From an uncultured Bacilli bacterium (GTDB taxonomy: Bacteria; Bacillota_I; Bacilli_A; RF39; UBA660): 64,000 nt of DNA. Below the pieces are notes generated by a model. It made no database searches, was not told where the DNA came from, and was given only the letters and a program-made list of their open reading frames with translations. Position numbers and translations under genes: made by a program. Of this stretch, positions 58,501 to 64,000 are shown piece by piece; positions within the stretch are counted from its first letter, which is position 1, and every line of letters starts with the position of its first letter. The stretch is from contig CAKPHO010000005.1 of NCBI GenBank assembly GCA_934162195.1, positions 6,515 to 70,514 of the forward strand, read 5' to 3'.

Positions 58501-59301
58501 AAAGAACAATTAAATGTTATTAAAAGCGAGGCAACATCAATTGTAAAAGGTAAATTTACAGATGAATATAAAAATAGTATTGCTGCAGAGGCATGGTCTA
58601 CTGTTTCTGGTATGTTAAATCCAAGTAGTGCTACTGCACAATCTATTGGAACGGAAGCTGTTACTAAAGCTTTAACTGAATATGTAAATAGTTTGACAGA
58701 TCCAACTTTAGTTCCAATTGTTGGTGGGTGTATTAAAGGTTTAATTCCTGCAAGTGATAGTCGTTGTAATGAAGTTAATTTAATTAAAAAATATGCATCT
58801 ATCTCGGCATCTTCAGCTGCAACATCTACTGCTAAAATAGTTTCAGGAGAAGTAGCTAAGCAAGTATCAGAACAAACTGCTATAAAAACAGCAGAAGAAC
58901 TTGCTCCAACTTTAGCTAGCAAAATTGCGAATACGGTAAGAGATGAATCATTAAAAACAATTACTACCGCTTTAAATAAATTATATGGTGGAGTAGAAGA
59001 ACTTGATAATGGTATTAATGAATTAAATAATGGTATAACTAAATTCAATGATGAAGGTATAAAAGTTCTTACTAATTTAGTTAATAATAATGTCAAAAGT
59101 ATGAGTAAAAAAGTAAAAGCTTTGACTAAATTGGGTGATGAATACAAAACTGTTAATAGTACTAATACTATCGAAGACAGTAAAACAAAATTAATTTTAG
59201 TTGTAGATGGTAAGAAGAAGGAAGTAGTTGAAAATAATACAACTGTTGAAGCTACTAAAACAACATTTTGGGGTAGAGTAAAAAATTTATTTGCTAAATA
59301 A
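55546..59301 (+). CDS. MMPL/RND-superfamily membrane transporter with a long C-terminal extracellular/coiled-coil extension (YdfJ/YhgE-Pip-like)
   Basis: Two blocks of ~6 TM helices separated by soluble domains (MMPL architecture); an extra TM plus a ~550-aa Ser/Ala/Asn-rich C-terminal region; RBS GGAGGG then ATG at 55546. Confidence 0.6.
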   Translation: MNKVAEKICKHKKVILIVSIILAFFSFIGMKLTKINYDILVYLPEDIETIKGQNILTDDFNMGSYSVAIIDNMSSKNIVELENKIKNVEGVNEVVSLYDVIGTSIPVEMLPNEVTSKLHKDNTDLILITFKDGTSNEKTINAVEEIRSITKDSCKLSGMSSMVLDTMNLSEQEIMIYIIIAVILCLTVLELSLDSYLAPVFLLLNIGCAILFNLGTNLCFGQISYITKALVAVLQLGVTTDFSIFLYHSYEDKKKKFKDKNEAMSEAIAETFVSVLGSSLTTVAGFLVLCAMKLTLGKDLGIVMAKGVILGVITVLTLFPSLLLIFDKAIEKTKHKSLNLNFTRFNKFIVNNHIIIFIVFLICLVPAYLGYKKVDVYYKIDRSLPDTLESISANAELKEKYNIVSPEMIIVDSKMKTNDIVNMVNELKSVDGVDFVLSFDELKQYGVTENMLPSKLLSTFKNDKYEMLLLNSTYEVASDELNSQIETINNIVKKYDENIIVAGEGPLMKDLINISDTDFTNVNSASIICVLAILLIVLKSLSLPFLLTLTIESAIIINMSFSYFGGVTLPFVAPIVLGTIQLGATIDYAILLTSSYVKNKKDNLKPKEAMLKTLNYNGKSVLISGLCFFAATFGVGVYSKLEMVGSLCTLISRGAIVSMLVVIMVLPSVLLIFDKLITKTTKGSKNMKNILKKVTASMLVITLLSTSFPVYALTKNETVYGKLESDGKVKNVYINEQLINSEKESTIEDYTDLKDILNINGNEKFTIDNKKIVWNAEDNDILYQGKYENNLPIDVSIKYSLDGKEMNLDDMLGLSGKVSITVSYKNNDKHIVRVNGKSETLYTPFVVMFGTVLDNETNSNISVTNGKVTSNGTKSVIAALATPGLYESLNLQELKDMNEITISYDTTSFELKSMYSVVTPKLISNDDLKAFDKLDALYKKADELGESMDLINNGSLKLKDGSNELKTTLKNSISALQKNNGDVLSKEQLNVIKSEATSIVKGKFTDEYKNSIAAEAWSTVSGMLNPSSATAQSIGTEAVTKALTEYVNSLTDPTLVPIVGGCIKGLIPASDSRCNEVNLIKKYASISASSAATSTAKIVSGEVAKQVSEQTAIKTAEELAPTLASKIANTVRDESLKTITTALNKLYGGVEELDNGINELNNGITKFNDEGIKVLTNLVNNNVKSMSKKVKALTKLGDEYKTVNSTNTIEDSKTKLILVVDGKKKEVVENNTTVEATKTTFWGRVKNLFAK

Positions 59302-59369
59302 AAGCAGATTTTCTGCTTTTTTTGTATAAAGTAAACTAAATAGTTTCACTATATAATGGGAGGAATAAA

Positions 59370-59597
59370 ATGAATATAGAATATAATGAAGTACCTAACA
59401 TTATTAGTGGTAAAGATTTAGATTATTTAAGTGATATGTTTAATTGGAATTATGGAGCGTATAAATCTTCATATAATGCAAGTAATAATGTAGAAGATGC
59501 AGAAATAAAAGATATTTTAGTATGTGCTAGCAATATATTTTATAATGATATGAATAGGGTGTTAAATATTTTAAATAATGGAGGATCTAATGAATAA
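59370..59597 (+). CDS. Small hypothetical protein
   Basis: RBS GGGAGG; 75 aa; translationally coupled to the next gene. Confidence 0.4.
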   Translation: MNIEYNEVPNIISGKDLDYLSDMFNWNYGAYKSSYNASNNVEDAEIKDILVCASNIFYNDMNRVLNILNNGGSNE

Positions 59598-59907
59598 TAA
59601 TGAAATTAAAAATCCAAAGGTAAATGTTCCATCTGGGAAAAATTTAAATGATAAAGATTATATTAATTGTTTACTTAGTACATTAAAAGAATTAAATAAA
59701 AATTATGTAGTTGGACTTACAGAAGCAAGTAACGAACACTTATATCAAGAATATAAAAATATGTTTGAAGAATATTCTAAGATGCAAAGAGAAGTATATG
59801 AATTAATGTTTAAAAAAGGATGGTATACTTTAGAAAAAGCTGAAACAAATAAAATTAATAATAAATTTCAAACATTAAATCAAGAATTAACAGAATTAAA
59901 TGGATAA
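59590..59907 (+). CDS. Coat F-domain protein (spore coat protein F-like)
   Basis: DKDYINCLLSTLKELNKNYVVGLTEASNEHLYQEY...EVYELMFKKGWYTLEKAE fits the Coat_F domain pattern; RBS GGAGG. Confidence 0.5.
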   Translation: MNNNEIKNPKVNVPSGKNLNDKDYINCLLSTLKELNKNYVVGLTEASNEHLYQEYKNMFEEYSKMQREVYELMFKKGWYTLEKAETNKINNKFQTLNQELTELNG

Positions 59908-60211
59908 GACTTTAGTTTTATTAAGAGGGTCTTTACTTTGTTAACACTCTGAGAATCATAGAAATAATTTTCTATGATTTTTTTGTTATTAAAAGTAAAT
60001 AAGAAAATTATGTGGAATTATATAAGTAAGGGTGTTAAATATGGATAAAATAAAAAAGATATTTGAAGAAATAAAACCTATAGATGAAAAAGAAAATAAA
60101 AAATCATGAGTTCTTAAGTTAAATTATAAATTTATATTTTGTTCACAGTCTAGATAAAAATAATTTACTTCTTTATTATTTTTTCATAATTTATATTGAG
60201 GAGGAATAAAC

Positions 60212-61081
60212 GTGAATAATTATGAAAAAATTATGGAAAAAATAAAACGTGATCAAAGGTGTAGGCCTAAAAATTGTCCTGGGCCCACAGGACCACAAGG
60301 TCCACAGGGAATACCTGGTATTCAAGGACCACAAGGTGAAATAGGTCCTCAGGGAATACCTGGTAAGAGTGTTTCAATTCTAGGGGAATATAAAACTTAT
60401 GAAGAGTTAATAAAAAATCATCCTACAGGTAATGTTAATGATTCGTATTTAGTAAATGGTGATTTATACGTTTGGACAGAAAATGATGGCAAGTGGGATA
60501 ATGTTGGAAGAATAGCTGGACCAACAGGGCCTAAAGGAGATATTGGCCCTAAAGGAGAAAAAGGGGAAGATGGACCAACGGTATTACGTTCAGCTTATTT
60601 GGTTACTTTTAATGATGGTAATAATAAAGATGGAATAGAGGTTCCGAGAAATACAAATTTATCAATAACTAGAAAAGAGTTGGATGTTACTGATTTAGTG
60701 TCACTAAATACTGATAATACTATTAAGTTTAATGTTCCTGGATATTATAAAGTATCTTTTGTTGTATCAGCAACTATAAAAAATGAGAGTAATAAGTTTA
60801 ATCAAGATACTGATTTTATAACTTTGGGATTTAAGCAAAAAGATACAGACTTAATTTATGTAGGAGCAAGCAAGTGGGTAAATAGTGAGTTGGGAACGCA
60901 AATTTTTGGGCATGGTATTGTGGCAGTAACTAATACCAATAATTTATATGAACTTACTAATTTAGGTAGCAAGACAATTTATTTAAAAGCTCCAGATTTA
61001 AATAATATTATGTCATCTTCTTATTTTACTAATTCATTATTAACTATTGTTATTGATTATTTAGGAATAAAACAAGTTTAA
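60212..61081 (+). CDS. Collagen-like repeat protein with a globular C-terminal domain (BclA-like)
   Basis: G-X-Y repeats GPTGPQGPQGIPGIQGPQGEIGPQGIPGK and GPTGPKGDIGPKGEKGEDGPT; ~170-aa C-terminal non-collagen domain; probable GTG start after a GAGGAGG RBS. Confidence 0.7.
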   Translation: MNNYEKIMEKIKRDQRCRPKNCPGPTGPQGPQGIPGIQGPQGEIGPQGIPGKSVSILGEYKTYEELIKNHPTGNVNDSYLVNGDLYVWTENDGKWDNVGRIAGPTGPKGDIGPKGEKGEDGPTVLRSAYLVTFNDGNNKDGIEVPRNTNLSITRKELDVTDLVSLNTDNTIKFNVPGYYKVSFVVSATIKNESNKFNQDTDFITLGFKQKDTDLIYVGASKWVNSELGTQIFGHGIVAVTNTNNLYELTNLGSKTIYLKAPDLNNIMSSSYFTNSLLTIVIDYLGIKQV

Positions 61082-61095
61082 GGATAAGGTGTTTG

Positions 61096-62970
61096 ATGAA
61101 AATAATAAATAATAAAAGAGTTCAGGTGTTCACAAGTGAAGAATTGAATAATGTTTTAAAGATGGATAATGGTTATGATTATATATATTTAGGTAATAGT
61201 ATAGTTTTAGATAATGGAATTTCTATAAATGAAAACAAAATAAAAGTTACAATAGATGGAACTTATGAAGGATTTAGATATAAACTTACAGGGATAAATA
61301 GTACTGATATATCTGATACGATTATAGTTAGTGAAAATAATAAGGAAGTAATAATAAAAAATATGGATATTGAGAGTACTAATACTTATGGTGTAGTTTA
61401 TGTTCCGTTAGATAGAAACTATTCTGATGTAGTGGTAACATATGAAAATATTAAATTTAATGGAACTGAATTGTCATATAATCCTTATGGCACTACTAAA
61501 ATAATAGACTCAACTATTACAATTGAAACAACTAATAATGTTGATCCACAAGAAGTTTGTGATTCGGATAAAGTAATTCTTGGTGGTAATACTACTATAT
61601 CAAGTAAATCAACTTCTACACAGTTATTTTATTTTCGAAATGATACAATAAATCCTTCAGTAGTATTTTTATGTAAAAGTAAAGTCACTTTATCAACGCC
61701 TACCCAAGCTTTTATGAATGGAACCAATAAACTTAATTTTACTATCTTACATGATACAGAAGTTGATTTAACGACTGGTAATGGTTTTGCAGCTTATACT
61801 ACTCATGGTGCTAATAATGTATTGATTGAAGAAAGAGCTAGTTTAAAATTTATAGAGAACAATCATCAAAGAGTACCAATGTGGTCGGTATTTGGGAATT
61901 TTATTATGAAAGAAGGCTCCAAATTACAACTTATTAATTCCTTTGATAACACTCCAAGTGATAATTATAATATTCACTTTAAAGGAAATAATCAACAATT
62001 AATTTTGAATAATCCCAAGGTGGTAGCTATATATACTAAGAATGCTAATGTTATTTATACTAATAATCCATTAATATTTAAGATTAGTTGTAGTAGAATT
62101 AATATGTGGAAGGATTCAACATCTTTAGTAAATGCTGGAGGTATATACGATTTACCAGATTATTATTGGTATAAAGGAAAAGAATTAGTAAAATTTGAAG
62201 GGACTTTAACATCTAAAGAAACAACCGTTACTAATCATAATCTTACAGACGATGAATTAAATGAATTATTTGAATTAAGTAATTTTTCATTTCAGTCTAA
62301 AAAACAGTTTTCAATTGGAAATATAGCTACTAATATTCATTCTATTAGTAGTACAAGAAATAAAATAAGTGGACATACTATTGATTTTGCAGAAGTACTA
62401 ATAAAATATAATGATGTCTTAGAAATAGTTAATGCAAATAGTGATGGATTATTTGAACATATACCTACTAATGTTATTTCAGATAATACTGAAATAGAAA
62501 TAATTTCTAATAATCCAAGTAGTTTTGTTTATGAAACAAGAAAAATAATAGTACCTTATAGTGGTGAATTATCTTTAATGGAAACAGATACAACGATAGT
62601 TTTTTCTTTAACGTCTATTTCTAGTAATCCTCTTATTTTAGCAAAAAATAAGAATTTATTACTTAAAATAGTTGATAGTAGGATAAATAGTTCTAATTGG
62701 AAAGTATATGCTTCAATAAGTGGACCATTAACATCACAAAATGGATATATTTTAAATGATGCCTTAATATTTAAAACATTTGATGATATAGATATTGTGT
62801 TAACAAAAGAACCACAACTTATCTATACGGGAACTGATAATAATGGAGATATATTAAGAAATGTTATTACTTATTCGAACGATAAAGGACCATTACTTGA
62901 TCTTACTAATAATTTTTTAGAAGCTAATGAAGAATATTTTGCTGATATATATTTTAAAATTGAAGAGTAA
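61096..62970 (+). CDS. Large hypothetical protein (Asn/Thr-rich, probably beta-rich surface or exosporium-associated)
   Basis: 625-aa ORF between two collagen-like genes; no recognisable catalytic motifs. Confidence 0.4.
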   Translation: MKIINNKRVQVFTSEELNNVLKMDNGYDYIYLGNSIVLDNGISINENKIKVTIDGTYEGFRYKLTGINSTDISDTIIVSENNKEVIIKNMDIESTNTYGVVYVPLDRNYSDVVVTYENIKFNGTELSYNPYGTTKIIDSTITIETTNNVDPQEVCDSDKVILGGNTTISSKSTSTQLFYFRNDTINPSVVFLCKSKVTLSTPTQAFMNGTNKLNFTILHDTEVDLTTGNGFAAYTTHGANNVLIEERASLKFIENNHQRVPMWSVFGNFIMKEGSKLQLINSFDNTPSDNYNIHFKGNNQQLILNNPKVVAIYTKNANVIYTNNPLIFKISCSRINMWKDSTSLVNAGGIYDLPDYYWYKGKELVKFEGTLTSKETTVTNHNLTDDELNELFELSNFSFQSKKQFSIGNIATNIHSISSTRNKISGHTIDFAEVLIKYNDVLEIVNANSDGLFEHIPTNVISDNTEIEIISNNPSSFVYETRKIIVPYSGELSLMETDTTIVFSLTSISSNPLILAKNKNLLLKIVDSRINSSNWKVYASISGPLTSQNGYILNDALIFKTFDDIDIVLTKEPQLIYTGTDNNGDILRNVITYSNDKGPLLDLTNNFLEANEEYFADIYFKIEE

Positions 62971-63089
62971 TTTGTTCCTTTTTTTCTTTTATAATTATAA
63001 AAGTTTATTCAAAATTATAAGAGTAACATAAATTATAGTAAAAGAATTATGTTATATTCTTTTATAATTTAATTGAAAGGAAGGTACTT

Positions 63090-64000
63090 ATGAACAATTG
63101 TTATTGTAATGATGATTATGAAAGAATTAAAAAAAGGATAGAAGAAGAAAATAAAAAGTGTAAATATTATTATATACAAGGTCCAAAAGGGGATAAAGGA
63201 GATACTGGGGAACAAGGCCCAAAAGGAGAAGATGGGGCAGCTACTATAGAAATTGGAGAGACATTAACAGGAGAACCTAATACTGATGCTATAGTAGAAA
63301 ATGTAGGAACAAAAGAGAATGTTATTTTAAATTTTAAAATACCTAGAGGTTTAGATGGAACTTCAGGAGATAAAATTATTATTGGAAAAACAGAAACGTT
63401 AGATGCTAATGCGCGAGCAAAAGTTGTTGATACGCAGAACGGTAATGTTCATACTTTAGATTTCTACATACCACAAGGATTTGATGGTGCAGATGGTGAA
63501 AGGGGTCCTCAAGGAGAAAAAGGAATTCCGGGCATTCAGGGAATTCAAGGAGTTCAGGGAATTCAAGGAATTCCAGGCATTCCAGGTCCAAAAGGAGACG
63601 ATGGAAAAAGTGAAAAAATTTCTATAGTTAATACTGAAACAATAGACTCAGAAAAGAAAGCTGAAGTAAAAGATAATTTTGATGGTAATACACATAATTT
63701 GACTTTCCTTATTCCTAAAGGAGAAATTGGGCCTATTGGACCTCAAGGTCTTACCGGTAGTGCATTACTTGACGCTTATGCAAGTATTTATGAAGATAAT
63801 AAAAATCCTTATTCATTGATACCTAATGTGCCAAATCAAATTGAATTAGGCAAAACATCACAAAATAAAAATGTAGATACTTCATTTACCAATGCTCTTA
63901 AAATTCAAAAAGAAGGTATATATAAAATAGATTATTTTTTTTCAGCAGTAACATCAACTACCGCTGATATATCGGTTGAATTAAGAAAGGAAAATGTAAC
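63090..64000 (+). CDS. Collagen-like repeat protein (BclA-like), 5'-partial in this window, runs off the end
   Basis: RBS AGGAAGG then ATG at 63090; N-terminus MNNCYCNDDYERIKKRI; G-X-Y blocks GPKGDKGDTGEQGPKGEDG and GERGPQGEKGIPGIQGIQGVQGIQGIPGIPGPKGDDG with 9-bp tandem nucleotide repeats at 63520..63590; no stop before 64000. Confidence 0.65.
   Translation, partial: MNNCYCNDDYERIKKRIEEENKKCKYYYIQGPKGDKGDTGEQGPKGEDGAATIEIGETLTGEPNTDAIVENVGTKENVILNFKIPRGLDGTSGDKIIIGKTETLDANARAKVVDTQNGNVHTLDFYIPQGFDGADGERGPQGEKGIPGIQGIQGVQGIQGIPGIPGPKGDDGKSEKISIVNTETIDSEKKAEVKDNFDGNTHNLTFLIPKGEIGPIGPQGLTGSALLDAYASIYEDNKNPYSLIPNVPNQIELGKTSQNKNVDTSFTNALKIQKEGIYKIDYFFSAVTSTTADISVELRKENV

Noticed and set aside
58356-59147. 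263-aa ORF on the minus strand
   Set aside because: Lies entirely inside the MMPL transporter gene in a low-complexity Ala/Ser/Thr-rich region. Antisense ORFs of this kind arise from codon bias; there is no RBS or promoter context.
63406-63591. 61-aa minus-strand ORF with a LEFPE repeat
   Set aside because: Artefact of the 9-bp tandem repeats encoding the GIQ collagen triplets of the + strand gene.
1-64000. CRISPR arrays, rRNA/tRNA genes, transposases or integrases
   Set aside because: No regularly spaced direct repeats, no tRNA-like cloverleaf candidates noticed, and no ORF with DDE or tyrosine-recombinase motifs was found in the window.

Overview
AT-rich (~28% GC) Firmicutes-type chromosomal segment. 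The housekeeping backbone is in Bacillus-like order: ftsE-ftsX, lon, valS and leuS (each behind a T-box leader), lepA-hemW, thyX-tmk, UPF0297-ruvX-DUF1292-mltG-yrrM-U32 peptidases-greA, two tandem murE-like ligases followed by mraY. There are also sporulation-type genes (CotS-like kinase, Coat-F domain protein, BclA-like collagen-repeat proteins). Nine genes encode proteins with type IV prepilin (class III) signal peptides. Four of them carry DUF1566/Lcl-like C-terminal modules ending in a G(V/I)RPVITV motif; one carries a C-terminal module of about 23 consecutive DUF285/BspA-type leucine-rich repeats, which is itself a known DGR (diversity-generating retroelement) target domain class. Two of the DUF1566-type genes end in a sharply GC-shifted, AAC/NNC-codon-rich 3' segment whose inter-paralog differences fall on codon positions 1 and 2. 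That is the signature of DGR variable repeats, although no template repeat or reverse transcriptase lies in this window. The only candidate template-like sequence I can point to is the GC-shifted 3' segment of the other paralog, i.e. 54640..54769 for gene 8611..10248 and 10126..10245 for gene 53768..54772; these positions are hypotheses only and cannot be confirmed or refuted from this window. Three of the pilin-like genes share a ~250-300 bp upstream module containing a variable-length poly-G tract (G9, G5, G3TG2) in the -35 position of a conserved -10 box, followed by a hairpin and U-run; this is a candidate slipped-strand phase-variation switch. One small pilin gene sits directly upstream of an O-antigen-ligase-like/GtrB/GtrA glycosylation operon. 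Coordinates are from manual reading of the sequence; start codons were adjusted by hand where an RBS supports an internal start.
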